NCBI GenBank assembly: GCA_963712745.1
Contig: CAVQJC010000006.1
Location: 64,001-128,000, forward strand
From: an uncultured Chloroflexia bacterium
Lineage (GTDB): Bacteria > Chloroflexota > Limnocylindria > Limnocylindrales > CSP1-4
Length of the DNA stretch: 64,000 nucleotides
Reading direction: 5' to 3'
The notes below the pieces were generated by a model that did no database searches, was not told the DNA's origin, and was given only the letters and a program-made list of their open reading frames with translations. A program made the translations under genes and the position numbers. This document shows, piece by piece, positions 17,642-28,269 of this stretch; the first letter of the stretch is position 1; each line of letters starts with the position of its first letter.

Positions 17642-20638
17642 GTGATGAGCGACGCACGAGTCTGTCCGCATTGCGGCAACTTGAACGAGCCCGGCATGCT
17701 GTTCTGCGCTGCCTGCGACGGATTGCTGCCGCTCGGAGCCGATGACTGGGACGCCCCTCCCGCGAACATGGCGGTTCCACCCGCCGATGTGTCGCTGTGC
17801 CCGAACTGCCAGACCCGAAACCCGAGCGACTATGCCAACTGCTGGCGCTGCCTCGCCGACCTGACCCCATCGGACGTGCTCGCCGACGACGCGCCGTCGA
17901 CGTCGCAGTCGGCAAGCCTCGCGACACCGCCGATGTGGGCAGCCGCCGATCCCGGCCAGGTTCCGGCCGCTGACGTCACGGCCGACGACGAGGTGTCGCC
18001 AAGCGAGGAGCCGGCGATCGCCCCGCCAACGGCGGACCGGCCGCAAGGCGCGCCGCTGCAGCCGACGGTGGCCGCGGAGCCGGTAGTGGCCGCGGAGCCG
18101 GTAGTGGCCGCGGAGCCGGTAGTGGCCGCGGAGCCGGTAGTGGCCGCGGAGCCGGTAGTGGCCGCGGAGCCGGTAGTGGCCGCGGAGCCGGCGCAGCGCG
18201 ATCAGCGTCGTCGTGTGCCCGCGAGCGCGGGCCTGGGGGTCGTCGCGCTGGGCCTGGTCGGGGCAGTGGTGGCCGCCTGGTTGCTGGCTGGGCCTGGCGA
18301 AGATCCCCTGGTTACTGCCGAAGCCTCGGCCTCGCCGATCGCCGCGGTCACGCCCGCTCCGGCCGGAACCGACACCGAGCCAACGGCGGAGCCTGTATCG
18401 GCTGCGGTCGACCAGGACGCCCTTGCCGAGCCTACAGCGACCCCCACGCCCACGCCGACGCCCGAGCCCACGCCGACGCCGACACCCACGCCCACGCCCG
18501 AGCCCACGCCCGAGCCCACGCCCGAAGCCGACACCCACGCCCACGCCAGAGCCCACGCCCGAGCCGACACCGGAGCCCACGCCGACACCCACGCCCGAGC
18601 CCACGCCCGAGCCGACGCCCGAGCCCACGCCGACGCCGACACCCACGCCCACGCCCGAGCCCACGCCCGAGCCCACGCCGGAGCCCACGCCCGAACCGAC
18701 ACCCACGCCCACGCCCACGCCCGAGCCGACGCCCGAGCCCACGCCGAACCGACACCCACGCCGACGCCCGAGCCCACGCCCGAGCCGACCCACGCCGAGC
18801 CCACGCCCGAGCCGACACCCACGCCGACGCCGAGCCCACGCCCGAGCCGACGCCCGAGCCCACGCCGGAACCGACACCCACGCCGACGCCCGAGCCCACG
18901 CCCGAGCCGACGCCCGAGCCCACGCCGGAACCGACACCCACGCCGACGCCCGAGCCCACGCCCGAGCCGACGCCCGAGCCCACGCCGGAACCGACACCCA
19001 CGCCGACGCCCGAGCCCACGCCCGAGCCGACGCCCGAGCCCACGCCGGAACCGACACCCACGCCGACGCCCGAGCCCACGCCCGAGCCGACGCCCGAGCC
19101 CACGCCGGAACCGACACCCACGCCGACGCCCGAGCCCACGCCGACGCCCACGCCGACGCCCGAGCCCACGCCCGAGCCGACACCCGAACCGACGCCGACG
19201 CCCGAGCCCACGCCCGAGCCCACGCCCGAGCCCACACCCACGCCGACGCCCGAGCCGACACCGGAGCCCACGCCCGAGCCGACGCCCGAGCCCACGCCCG
19301 AGCCGACGCCCGAGCCCACGCCCGACGCCGACGCCCGAGCCCACGCCCGAGCCCACGCCCGAACCGACGCCCGAGCCCACGCCCGAGCCGACGCCCGAGC
19401 CCACGCCCGAGCCGACGCCCGAGCCCACGCCCGAGCCGACGCCCGAGCCCACGCCGGAACCGACGCCCGAGCCCACGCCCGAGCCGACGTCCGAGCCCAC
19501 GCCGGAACCGACGCCAGAGCCGACGCCCGAGCCGACGCCCGAGCCGACGCCAGAACCGACGCCCACACCGACACCGGAGCCCACGCCGGAACCGACACTA
19601 GAGCCCACGCCGACACCCGAACCGACGCCGACGCCCACGCCGGAACCGGTGTCCTTAGCGGCGGCCGCACTCGTGGAGCGGGCATCGGGGCTCGGGTGCC
19701 AACCAGGCGACACGACTGCCGAGGATGAGAGCGCCGGCGTCCTCGCCACCGCGACCTGCCAACCGCCCGCAGACGATGTCACCAGCATCACGCTCCAGGA
19801 CTTCGAAGACGCCGACACCCTTCGCACCGCATGGCAGTCGTCGCTGGCTACGACCAGCTCGCTCGACACCGCGGAGGACGCCTGTAGGACGTCCGAGCCT
19901 GGCAGGCGGAAGTGGGGTTTCGGCAACATCGCCTGCACAAGCGAGGACGGCGTCGCGCGCATCCTCTGGACCGACTCCCGCACCGAAACGCTCGGTGTGA
20001 TCGAGAGCACCGTCGACGACATCCCTGCGGTCCATCAGTGGTGGCGGGCCAACGCTCGTCGCCTGGGCCGCGTCGACGACCCCGCGGCAACACCCACGGC
20101 ACCCAGCACGCCGGAGGCGACGCCTCGACCAGCAGGGCGCAAGGTCGTGCGGGTGCCTGGCAAGCCGCGTGCCATCAGCTGCGCCGCGACGGACACCCCG
20201 ATCCCCGACGAATGGAATCGCAGCTGGCGCATAGCCAGGGTCGAATTCCAGAACCGGGCTGGCTATGAGCGCGTCATCCTCAACCTCGAGCGCACGGGCA
20301 AGAATCGCACTGGGACTCCGACCAGGGCACAGATCTCGCGGATGTCGGTCGCGCGGGCCGCGGAGGCCGTGCCCAAGACAGCGGCGCCGACACGAGGCCG
20401 CGTCGCCATCGTGGTCGACCTTGATGGTGTGCGCGGTGCGCCCCGGCTCATCCGCTTCAAGCCCAAGAGCATCGATCTCGTGAAGCAGATGTCGATCGTG
20501 AAGAGCGTGGGTGGTCGGACCGTGGTGCTCTCAGCCCCGCAAGGCACCTGCTATCAGATGCGCATCCCGGTTTGGGGCGCCAATGCGCGCGGCAACGAGA
20601 AGAAGGCTGAGATCTTCATCGACCTGGCGGTGCCGTAG
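17642..20638 (+). CDS. Large bitopic cell-surface protein: double zinc ribbon, TM helix, about 400-aa Pro/Thr/Glu stalk, Cys-containing and AMIN-like C-terminal domains (indels within the repeat)
   Basis: CPHCG/CAAC and CPNC/CWRC; [21 protein letters not shown]; TPEP repeats switching frame; C-terminal [17 protein letters not shown]. Confidence 0.75.
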   Translation: MMSDARVCPHCGNLNEPGMLFCAACDGLLPLGADDWDAPPANMAVPPADVSLCPNCQTRNPSDYANCWRCLADLTPSDVLADDAPSTSQSASLATPPMWAAADPGQVPAADVTADDEVSPSEEPAIAPPTADRPQGAPLQPTVAAEPVVAAEPVVAAEPVVAAEPVVAAEPVVAAEPVVAAEPAQRDQRRRVPASAGLGVVALGLVGAVVAAWLLAGPGEDPLVTAEASASPIAAVTPAPAGTDTEPTAEPVSAAVDQDALAEPTATPTPTPTPEPTPTPTPTPTPEPTPEPTPEADTHAHARAHARADTGAHADTHARAHARADARAHADADTHAHARAHARAHAGAHARTDTHAHAHARADARAHAEPTPTPTPEPTPEPTHAEPTPEPTPTPTPSPRPSRRPSPRRNRHPRRRPSPRPSRRPSPRRNRHPRRRPSPRPSRRPSPRRNRHPRRRPSPRPSRRPSPRRNRHPRRRPSPRPSRRPSPRRNRHPRRRPSPRRRPRRRPSPRPSRHPNRRRRPSPRPSPRPSPHPRRRPSRHRSPRPSRRPSPRPSRRPSPRPTPTPEPTPEPTPEPTPEPTPEPTPEPTPEPTPEPTPEPTPEPTPEPTPEPTPEPTSEPTPEPTPEPTPEPTPEPTPEPTPTPTPEPTPEPTLEPTPTPEPTPTPTPEPVSLAAAALVERASGLGCQPGDTTAEDESAGVLATATCQPPADDVTSITLQDFEDADTLRTAWQSSLATTSSLDTAEDACRTSEPGRRKWGFGNIACTSEDGVARILWTDSRTETLGVIESTVDDIPAVHQWWRANARRLGRVDDPAATPTAPSTPEATPRPAGRKVVRVPGKPRAISCAATDTPIPDEWNRSWRIARVEFQNRAGYERVILNLERTGKNRTGTPTRAQISRMSVARAAEAVPKTAAPTRGRVAIVVDLDGVRGAPRLIRFKPKSIDLVKQMSIVKSVGGRTVVLSAPQGTCYQMRIPVWGANARGNEKKAEIFIDLAVP
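18068..18190 (+). repeat. 18-bp coding tandem repeat x7 (VAAEPV)
   Basis: gtggccgcggagccggta repeated. Confidence 0.95.
18428..19650 (+). repeat. TPEP/TP coding repeat array with a 60-bp higher-order unit x5 (18841-19140)
   Basis: acgcccgagccc-type 12-mers; five consecutive identical 60-nt lines. Confidence 0.95.
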
Positions 20639-20642
20639 TCGA

Positions 20643-22151
20643 TCAGAGGCGGTGTGAGATCGGCGCGACTGCCGGATAGACCTCGCGGTAGAGCTCGTAC
20701 TGACGCGTGTAGGCCTCGTGGCGTGCCGGGTCCGGCTGGTACGTGTCGGTCAGATCCAGGAACCGCTCCGCTCCCTCGGCCGCCGAGGGCCACAGACGCG
20801 CGCCGGTCCCGGCCAACAGGGCGGCCCCGAAGGCAGCGGCCTCCGTGATGCGCGGCGTGATGACGGGGATGCCCGTGATGTCCGCCTTCAGCTGCAACCA
20901 CAGCTGCGAGCGCGCGCCGCCGCCGATGGCGCGAAGCACGTCGATGGCTACACCGCCATCGCGCAGCAGGTCGAGGTTGACCCGCAGCTCGTAGGTCAGT
21001 CCCTCCAGGATGGCCTTGGCCAGGTCCGTACGCGAGGTCGAGAAGGTGAGACCCAGGATGGCCCCCTTGGACGCCGTGTCGAACGAGGGTGTGCCGGCCC
21101 CAGCGAAGTGCGGCAAGGCCAGCAGGCCCGTAGGTTTCGGCGAGGCATCGGCCAGGATGAGGTCGTAGGCATCGTCGCCGGACTCGGCCGCGTGCGCCAG
21201 CTGTGGCTCGCAGAAGCCGTCGCGGAACCAGCGCAGGGCCAGGCCGCCGCTGTGGTTCAGGGTCATGGCCAGGAACAAACCGGGTACGGTCGCGCGATAG
21301 ACGCTGATGTTGCCCTCGTAGAGCGGAGCGCTCACGACGGGCGAGCCCAGCGCGACCTCCACGACCTCGGCCGTGCCGGTCGAAACCATGGCCAGCCCCG
21401 GCTGCGTCAAACCCACGCCAAGCGCCCCACAGGCCTGGTCGTGGCCGCCCGTGACGACGCCCGGCGCGGACGCCAGCCCCAGGCGCTCGGTCAGGTCTCT
21501 CGAGAGCCTGCCGACCTGGGTACCCGAGGGCGCCACTTCCGCCAGCCGGTCCGGGGTCAGCCCGATCTCGTCGAGGATCTCCGCCGACCAGGCGCCGGCC
21601 TCGAGGTCGAAGAGTTGCGACCGTGAAGCCAGGCAAGCGCTGGTGAAGGCGGCCCCGGTCATGCGCGCGATGAGGAAGTCCTCGACCAGCAGGAACCTGT
21701 CGGCGGCCTCCCACACCTCCGGCTCGTGCTGGCGGATCCAGAGCAACTTGGGCAGCGTGTTGATGGTGTGGATGGGCATGCCCGTGCGTTCGAACAGGGC
21801 CCTGGCGCCGAAGCGCTCGCGCAGCCATTCGTTCTGCGCCTCGGTGCGGGTGTCCATGCCCAGGATGGTCGGCCGCAGCGGCCGTCCTGCGGCGTCGACC
21901 GGGGTGACCGCCTCGCCGTGCACGGAAAGCCCGATGGCCGCGACCTCGCGCACCCCGGCCGTGGCGATGGCCTGCGCCAAGGATTCGACGGCCAGTCCCC
22001 ACACGGCCTCGATGTCCTGCTCCGCCCAGGTCGGCTGCGGCAGCGACACGGGGTACTCGCGGCTAGCCGACGCCAGCAGCTCCCCGTCCTCGTCGAAGAT
22101 GACTGCCTTGCAGCCGGTGGTACCGACGTCGAGCCCGATGAGGTTGGCCAT
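20643..22151 (-). CDS. FGGY carbohydrate kinase (xylulokinase-like)
   Basis: GLDVGTTGCK, WAEQD, GGHDQ, STGT, GGGARS. Confidence 0.92.
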   Translation of the reverse strand: MANLIGLDVGTTGCKAVIFDEDGELLASASREYPVSLPQPTWAEQDIEAVWGLAVESLAQAIATAGVREVAAIGLSVHGEAVTPVDAAGRPLRPTILGMDTRTEAQNEWLRERFGARALFERTGMPIHTINTLPKLLWIRQHEPEVWEAADRFLLVEDFLIARMTGAAFTSACLASRSQLFDLEAGAWSAEILDEIGLTPDRLAEVAPSGTQVGRLSRDLTERLGLASAPGVVTGGHDQACGALGVGLTQPGLAMVSTGTAEVVEVALGSPVVSAPLYEGNISVYRATVPGLFLAMTLNHSGGLALRWFRDGFCEPQLAHAAESGDDAYDLILADASPKPTGLLALPHFAGAGTPSFDTASKGAILGLTFSTSRTDLAKAILEGLTYELRVNLDLLRDGGVAIDVLRAIGGGARSQLWLQLKADITGIPVITPRITEAAAFGAALLAGTGARLWPSAAEGAERFLDLTDTYQPDPARHEAYTRQYELYREVYPAVAPISHRL

Positions 22152-22273
22152 CGCCGCCTACGCTACCGCCGCGCTGTACTTGAGCGCGGCCTGGCAGATG
22201 GTGAGTCTCCTCCAGTCCCCCATGTTGATGACGTGACTCTGCCTACTCAGTCAGCAGCACCTCCCTGCTATCG

Positions 22274-23686
22274 CTACTCATGTCGGAAGACCTCCCAGCC
22301 CAGGTAGTTCTCGAGCGCCTCGGCCACGGCATCCGCGGTGTGCGCGGGGCTCATGGCGCAGTGGTGCTCGAACCCGACCTTGCAGATCAGCTTCAGCAGC
22401 GGCTGGAAGTTGGGAATCTCGACGACTGCGCGTGAACCGAACGTGTCGAGCGGGTCATCGAGGAACTGCCCCTCGGCCACGTAGGCCTTGCACTTGCCGT
22501 TGACGTCATCGGTGCTGATGCGCGCGATGGTCAGCGGCGCTGCAGGTGCACGGCCGTTGATGGCGCCGTAGACGTTGTCGTTGCCGAGCGTGGTGCCGAG
22601 CACGTCCGCGATCTGCATCTCGGCCTCGCCCTCGGGGTAGAAGTTGAGCGGCCAGTTGCCACAGTGGAAGAGGACGCACTTGTCGGGGTCCTCGCCGTAG
22701 TTGTTGTTGAGGTCGACGATGGCGGCGGGCTGCTCCGCGGCCAGCTGCAGTGCGTACATCGAGGCCAGCCCGGTGATGTCGGTCTCACAGGCGCTGGGCA
22801 TGAGCTTGTTGCTCATGATGCTCATGAGCGTGCACACGTTGACGCCGTAGTTCTCCTGCAGGGAGGACCAGCACTGCATCGCGGTGGCGTTGAGGTCATT
22901 CTCGGCCATCCATTCGTCGACGACCACGCCCAGCTTGGCCATCTTGACCAGCTTCTCCGGCGGCACCGTGGGATGGGGCATGTGGGCCCGGATCTCGTCG
23001 AGCTTGGCCCTGGTCTTGGCGTCGTCGTCGCCTAGACGGTTGGCGTTGCCGAAGACCTCGCTGAAGTCGATGACGCTGACCGCGATACCACTGGCCTCAA
23101 GCAACTTCTCGCTGTAGCGCACGGTCTTGAAGGCATCCGGCCGGGTGCCGATGGCGCCCAGGCGCGCATGGCTCATGCCGTTGGCGACCTTGCACACGCG
23201 GACGAACTTGTCGAGGTCGGCGCGGAAGGCGTCCGACTGCACCGGTGTCGTATGGGTCTCGGTCAGCGAGTACTTGAAGCCGTACTGGCGCAGGTCGCTG
23301 GAGACCGAGATCTTGCCGCAGAATGCGTCGCGGCGTCGATCCAGGGTGAAGGCGGTGACGTCGTCCGGGTAGGCCTGCAGCAGGATGGGCACGTCCAGGC
23401 CGGACAGCCGCATCGTGTCGGCCACGCCCTTCTCATCGCCGAAGTTGGGCAGGACCACCAGCACACCCTCGATGCGCTTGCGGTTCTGGTCGAAGAGCTC
23501 GGCGCAGATCTGCGCTTCACGCCAGGTCTCCACGCCGCCGAGCTTGGTAGCCTCGGCATCGAGGATGACCGGCTCGATGTCCATCTCCTCGAACAGCGCG
23601 AGCACGTCCGCGCGCGCCTCGGTGACCAATGCATCCGGGAAGAAATCGCGGTTCCCAACGATGACTCCCAGCGTGGCTCGTGCCAT
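22274..23686 (-). CDS. L-fucose/L-arabinose isomerase family protein
   Basis: LPNFGDE, RRDAFCG, QCW, ACETD, FHCG, GFEHH. Confidence 0.88.
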   Translation of the reverse strand: MARATLGVIVGNRDFFPDALVTEARADVLALFEEMDIEPVILDAEATKLGGVETWREAQICAELFDQNRKRIEGVLVVLPNFGDEKGVADTMRLSGLDVPILLQAYPDDVTAFTLDRRRDAFCGKISVSSDLRQYGFKYSLTETHTTPVQSDAFRADLDKFVRVCKVANGMSHARLGAIGTRPDAFKTVRYSEKLLEASGIAVSVIDFSEVFGNANRLGDDDAKTRAKLDEIRAHMPHPTVPPEKLVKMAKLGVVVDEWMAENDLNATAMQCWSSLQENYGVNVCTLMSIMSNKLMPSACETDITGLASMYALQLAAEQPAAIVDLNNNYGEDPDKCVLFHCGNWPLNFYPEGEAEMQIADVLGTTLGNDNVYGAINGRAPAAPLTIARISTDDVNGKCKAYVAEGQFLDDPLDTFGSRAVVEIPNFQPLLKLICKVGFEHHCAMSPAHTADAVAEALENYLGWEVFRHE

Positions 23687-23715
23687 GTCCTCTCCTCCTT
23701 GGATCGCTTGCTTCC

Positions 23716-25062
23716 CTAGTCCGTGGCTAGCTCATCGACCGTGGCCAGCAGCTCGGGCTCGGCGATCGCGCCCTGCGACCATTGGTCCTGCAGCTGGCGC
23801 AGGCGATAGACGGTGGATGGCTTGATCTCGACGTCCGCGAGCGTGATGGGGGCGTCCATCGCGACGGGACGGATGACCTTCGCGCCGGCGGCCAGGCCGA
23901 TAGGCAGGAGCCCCTCCGCCTGCGCGGTGTCGTAGGTGTCGATGAGGCTGTAGTAGGCCGTGCCACCGATGGCGTCGAGCGCGTCACCGGACTCGAGATC
24001 ACGCTTGGCCACGGCGAACACCTCGGACGCCAGGCGGTCAAGCGGGACCATGTTCGACCGGCGCCTTATGGCCAGCATCGCGCAGGTCAGCGGGACCTCG
24101 ATGCTGCACAGGTGGAAAGGGCGGAAGAGCGTGTAGTAGGGGCCGTCGCCCATGTCCCGCAGCACCATCGCCTCGCGCAAGCGCGGGTGGTCCGTGCGGA
24201 CGATGAGGAAGACGCCGGGTGCCACCTTGCCGATGCCGTAGTCGACGACGCCGATCCTGTCGAGGATGCCGCCGTCCTCCTTGAGCCGGAAGACCTCGTC
24301 GAGGTGGTCGCGATCGGTCTTCGGGCCGTGCATGCCGCGGACGTCTGGGACCAGGCCGGTGGCGTTGGAGACCGCGGCCATCTCGATCATCGTCTTGGAG
24401 CCGTCGACGAACTCGACGAGCATGTTGGGTGAGAGGCCGCGGCGAGCCGCTTCCTGCTGGACCGTGGGGTCGGCCGGCGTGGAGTGGCGGTCAAGCGGGT
24501 TGTTCTTGCCCTTGCCGGCCGCGACGACGGTGAAGCCCATCGACCGGGCCAGGTCGTAGAGCTCCATGCAGGCGGCCGGCTCGTCACCCGCAGCGAGTGC
24601 GTAGAGCACGCCCTTCTGCTTCGCGTACCAGTTCAGGATGGGACCCACCGTGATGTCGGTCTCGACATTCATCATGGCCAGGTCCTGGCCGCTGCGGGCC
24701 GAGCGCAGGGCAGCCCGGGCGCCGACCTCGGGCACGCCCGTCGACTCCAGCATCACATCGATGCTGCGCATGTCGGTCACGATGCGGTAGTCGGCAACGG
24801 CCACGTACTTGCCGGCCTCGACAGCAGCGTCGGCCTCGGCTGCGGTCTCGGCGGTGACCAGCTCTCCGTCGACCTGGCCGATGCGGTAGGCGTCGCGGGC
24901 ACGATCGAGGTCGATGTCAGCGGTGACGACGACGCGCACACCCTTCATCTCCCGGGTGGTGGCCACGACGTCCGTGCCCATCTGGCCAGCGCCCACGAGG
25001 CCCACCCGGACCGGCTTGCCGCTCGCTTCGCGCTGCTCGAGCTCGCTGTTCAGTCCGATCAT
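23716..25062 (-). CDS. NAD(P)-dependent oxidoreductase with C-terminal SAF domain (COG4091-like)
   Basis: GLVGAGQMG, MNVETD, GDEP, AGKG, DGSKTMIEM, SAF motif AVAKRDL...LPIGLA. Confidence 0.88.
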   Translation of the reverse strand: MIGLNSELEQREASGKPVRVGLVGAGQMGTDVVATTREMKGVRVVVTADIDLDRARDAYRIGQVDGELVTAETAAEADAAVEAGKYVAVADYRIVTDMRSIDVMLESTGVPEVGARAALRSARSGQDLAMMNVETDITVGPILNWYAKQKGVLYALAAGDEPAACMELYDLARSMGFTVVAAGKGKNNPLDRHSTPADPTVQQEAARRGLSPNMLVEFVDGSKTMIEMAAVSNATGLVPDVRGMHGPKTDRDHLDEVFRLKEDGGILDRIGVVDYGIGKVAPGVFLIVRTDHPRLREAMVLRDMGDGPYYTLFRPFHLCSIEVPLTCAMLAIRRRSNMVPLDRLASEVFAVAKRDLESGDALDAIGGTAYYSLIDTYDTAQAEGLLPIGLAAGAKVIRPVAMDAPITLADVEIKPSTVYRLRQLQDQWSQGAIAEPELLATVDELATD

Positions 25063-26120
25063 GCCCCGGCCTCTCCTCCCTCGGTGATCTCGACCATCAC
25101 CTTGAGCGCTTCACCCGCGGCCACGGTCTTGAAGACCTGGTCGATCTCTGCGAGGGGGTAGGTGTGGGTGATGATCGCGTCGGGGTCGACCTGGCCCCGC
25201 TCGAGCAGCTGCAACGCCCGCAGGTGGAAGTCGGGGTGGTAGCTGAACGAGCCGATCACACGGATCTCGTCGTAGTGGATGCGATTGGCGTCGAGCTCGG
25301 TCATGGGGTTGGCCTTGGGCAGACCGCCGAAGAGGACGACGTTGCCCTTCTTGCGCACTGCGTCCACGGCCTGCTGGTGGGTGGCCGCCACGGGGTTGGC
25401 GCAGATGGCGCTGTCAGCCCCGAGCCCGCCGGTGAAGGCCTTGACCTCGGCCACTACGTCCTGCGTGGTGGGGTCGAGCACGAGCTCCGGCTCGAAGGGC
25501 TCGGCCATCTGCCGCCGGAGCGCGTTGGGCTCGCTGAGGATGACCCGCGCACCGCGAAGGTGGGCGATGGCGGTGTGGAGGCAGCCGATAGGCCCGGCGC
25601 CCATCACCAGCACGGTGTCGCCGAGCGTGGTGCCGATGTCCTGGTGGCACGCCTGGACGGAGCTCAGGGGTTCGCCCAAGGCCCCCTGGGGGAAGCTGAG
25701 AGAGGCCGGCATCTTGTGGATGGTGCCGCCGGCGAGGGCATGGGCCGGGAGCACGCAGTACTCGGCCAGCCCGCCCGCGAAGCCAGGCGTGATGCCGATC
25801 ATGGTCATCTCGTCGCAGAGGTTGAAGAGGCCGACGCTGCAGTACCAGCAGCGCAGGCAGTGCACGTCGGGAGCGACCGCAAGGTGGTCGCCGACCTCGT
25901 AGCCCACGACCCGGGAGCCGACCTCGGCGACCACACCGGCGAACTCGTGCCCGGGCACGGTCAGGCCACCGGGTGCCGGGCCTTCTCGCCAGCGCCGCAG
26001 GTCGGATCCACAGACCCCGCAGGCCCTGACCGCCAGCAGCACGCCATCCTCAGGGCACTCGGGCACGGGCATGTCGATCAGCTCGATGTGCTCGGGGCCG
26101 AGGAGTTGGGCGGCTTTCAC
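25059..26120 (-). CDS. Zn-dependent polyol (sorbitol/iditol-type) dehydrogenase
   Basis: GVCGSD, GHE, CLRCWYC...C structural Zn site, GAGPIG. Confidence 0.9.
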   Translation of the reverse strand: MKAAQLLGPEHIELIDMPVPECPEDGVLLAVRACGVCGSDLRRWREGPAPGGLTVPGHEFAGVVAEVGSRVVGYEVGDHLAVAPDVHCLRCWYCSVGLFNLCDEMTMIGITPGFAGGLAEYCVLPAHALAGGTIHKMPASLSFPQGALGEPLSSVQACHQDIGTTLGDTVLVMGAGPIGCLHTAIAHLRGARVILSEPNALRRQMAEPFEPELVLDPTTQDVVAEVKAFTGGLGADSAICANPVAATHQQAVDAVRKKGNVVLFGGLPKANPMTELDANRIHYDEIRVIGSFSYHPDFHLRALQLLERGQVDPDAIITHTYPLAEIDQVFKTVAAGEALKVMVEITEGGEAGA

Positions 26121-26725
26121 GACTTCTGTGTCTCCCTGATCTTGTGGCCGACGGCACCGCCGGGATGGGTCTCGCCGAAGTCGTCGACCGAGTAGCCACG
26201 CAGTTCCAGCAGTGCCACGCAGATGGCGTCGCAGAAGGCGGAGTTGAAGAGCGAGCTGCCTGTGGCGACCATGCCGAAGGGGTCAACGCCGTCGGGCGCG
26301 GTCAGGTGCAGCACGATGTCGGCCAGCTCGCCGAGGCTCGATCCGGGCTTCTCGGTGATGGCCACGACCTTGGCGCCGCGCCGCTTGGCGATGCCGGCAA
26401 GGAAGACGACCTCGGTGGTCTCGCCACCCTTGGACAGGCCGATCCAGACGTCGTTCGCGGCTACCGCGCCCGAGGCACCATGCTGGCTGTCGCCCGGATG
26501 GAGGAACAGGGCCGGCGTGCCCACGCACGAGAGCAGGTGGGCGAAGCGAAGGGCCACCGCGTGCGAGGTGCCGGAGCCCGAGACGATGACCTTGCCGCTG
26601 CACTCGAGCAGCAGGCGCACGGTCTCGGCGAAGGTGCCAGGCAGTTGCCCACTGACGCTGGCCACCGCGGCGGCCTCGCGCGCGATCACCTCGGCGGCGA
26701 GCTCGCGCAGGCTCTGGTCGTCCAC
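26117..26725 (-). CDS. SIS-domain sugar-phosphate isomerase (KpsF/GutQ-like, no CBS domains)
   Basis: SGSGTS, GTPALFLHPGDSQHG, SKGGET, HPGG. Confidence 0.88.
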   Translation of the reverse strand: MDDQSLRELAAEVIAREAAAVASVSGQLPGTFAETVRLLLECSGKVIVSGSGTSHAVALRFAHLLSCVGTPALFLHPGDSQHGASGAVAANDVWIGLSKGGETTEVVFLAGIAKRRGAKVVAITEKPGSSLGELADIVLHLTAPDGVDPFGMVATGSSLFNSAFCDAICVALLELRGYSVDDFGETHPGGAVGHKIRETQKS

Positions 26726-27688
26726 TCAGCCGTCCTCCAGGAGCCTGGAGGCGGTCACCGAATCGGTGATGAGTACCTTGATGAGTCGGCCATCAAGTGC
26801 GGCGCGGATGGCGGCCACCTTGTCCGGCCCGCCGGAGACGCCCACGACCTTAGGCACCTGCTTGATCTGCTCCAGGGTCATGCCGATGATGCGGTCGTTG
26901 ACCTCGGACTCGATGCATTCGCCGGAGGCGTCGTAGTAGCGCAGGGCGATGTCGCCGACCGCGCCCTTGCGCAGGAGGCCGTCGAGCTCAGCCCGTGTGA
27001 TGATCGAGCCGTCGCGCATGGTCACCGAGTCGCGAGTCGGAGCGCCGATGCCCACGAACGCGATGTCGAGGTCGTCGAAGGCCTCGACCGCCCGGCGCAC
27101 GTGCACATCGGAGAGGAGCGCCTCGCGGGTTCGCTGGTCGTTGACGATACCGGGGACCGGCAGCAACGTGAGGCGGCAGGAGAGCGAGCGCGACACGCTG
27201 CGGCAAAGCTCGGTGGCGTGGACCTCCGCGTCCGGCTGACCGAGGCCGCCGATCATCTGTACCACCTGGGCGTTGGGATAGCGCTGCGGGGCCAGGCTGG
27301 CGGCCATGTAGCGAAGCGTGTCGCCCCAGCACATGCCGATGGTGCTGCGGCTTGAGATGGCGCGGCTGAGGTAGGCGGCGGCGGCGCCTCCGACGGCCCG
27401 GCTGACCTGTGCCTGGGAGTCGCCCGGCTGGACCTCCACCACCAGCGCCTCCTGGAGGCCGTAGCGTTCCTCGAGCCGACTCTCCAGGTCGAGGAAGAGA
27501 TCCTCCGGGGCGACCACGTTGATCTGGACGATGCCAGTCCCGCGCGCCTGCGCCATCAACCGCGACACCTTCGACCGTGAGAGGCCCAGGCGCGCCGTTA
27601 TGGCGTCCTGGTTGAGGCCGTCCTCGTAGTAGAAGCGGGCGACCTTGACCAGCAAGCGGAGCTCCTCGTTCGCAGGTTGGCTGGCCAT
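26726..27688 (-). CDS. SorC/DeoR-family sugar-binding transcriptional regulator
   Basis: VARFYYEDGLNQ...LGLSRSKVSR HTH; WGDT, VGIG, GAVGD, LITD. Confidence 0.92.
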   Translation of the reverse strand: MASQPANEELRLLVKVARFYYEDGLNQDAITARLGLSRSKVSRLMAQARGTGIVQINVVAPEDLFLDLESRLEERYGLQEALVVEVQPGDSQAQVSRAVGGAAAAYLSRAISSRSTIGMCWGDTLRYMAASLAPQRYPNAQVVQMIGGLGQPDAEVHATELCRSVSRSLSCRLTLLPVPGIVNDQRTREALLSDVHVRRAVEAFDDLDIAFVGIGAPTRDSVTMRDGSIITRAELDGLLRKGAVGDIALRYYDASGECIESEVNDRIIGMTLEQIKQVPKVVGVSGGPDKVAAIRAALDGRLIKVLITDSVTASRLLEDG

Positions 27689-27709
27689 CAAGCGGCAAGG
27701 CACATGTCG

Positions 27710-27775
27710 TGAGAGTTCTCTCGGTCCTGAGAATATTCTCAATGGACGCTAGCACGCTGTGCGCGGCCGAGTCAA
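27710..27775 (-). promoter_or_regulatory. Promoter with tandem operators upstream of the SorC-family operon
   Basis: TTGACT-18-TAGCGT on the minus strand; palindrome TGAGAATATTCTCA (27728-27741) and variant TGAGAGTTCTCTCG (27710-27723). Confidence 0.75.
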
Positions 27776-27941
27776 CCGAATCTGCAAACGGATGCGGGCT
27801 CCGCGACGCGTCGACGAATGAGCCGAGGCGGCGCTGCAGCGGGGGTTCTACGCGGGATCCCGGGGGCCACGCCGGCGTGGGCGGGTGCTGCGCCCGATCG
27901 GGGAGCCACGGTGCGCGAGGCCGCGCTCGCTTGTGCCTGGT

Positions 27942-27997
27942 GCACGAGTCCGACAATGCCGCGCACGAGTCCGACAATGCCGCGCACGAGTCCGACA
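27942..27997. repeat. 21-bp tandem repeat x2.7
   Basis: gcacgagtccgacaatgccgc. Confidence 0.9.
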
Positions 27998-28092
27998 CGA
28001 CAGTGGCCAACCAGTCTGTCCGTTTGCATCTGGCGCGCAACCGCGACGTTCCCTTGCACGTCGCACGATGGACCGGCGAATCTCGCTCGGCG

Positions 28093-28266
28093 GACTGGCG
28101 ACATCGCACTCGCACTGGTCGAACTCGTGCCTCTGGTGCAAGCCGATCCGGGCCGCAAGCCGATCCCGGTGCAAGCTGATCCGGGCCGACTGGCGACATC
28201 GCACTCGCACTGGTCGAACTCGTGCTCCCGGTGCAAGCCGATCCGGGCCGCAAGCCGATCCGGGCC
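28093..28266. repeat. About 95-bp tandem duplication with internal 17-bp subrepeats
   Basis: gactggcgacatcgcactcgcactggtcgaactcgtgc at 28093 and 28188; gcaagccgatccgggcc variants x5. Confidence 0.85.
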
Positions 28267-28269
28267 GGA

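Noticed and set aside
18428-19650. Repeat array as CRISPR, or the long antisense GVGS/ARAW ORFs as genes
   Set aside because: No unique spacers; the array is explained as a coding TPEP stalk, and the other frames are shadows of it.
22158-22223. 21-aa ORF (MGDWRRLTICQAALKYSAAVA, minus strand) between the isomerase and kinase genes
   Set aside because: No convincing RBS or homology; could be chance or a gene remnant.
28093-28266. CRISPR-like 38-bp direct repeat
   Set aside because: Only two copies, the intervening sequences are themselves repeats of each other, and there are no cas genes.
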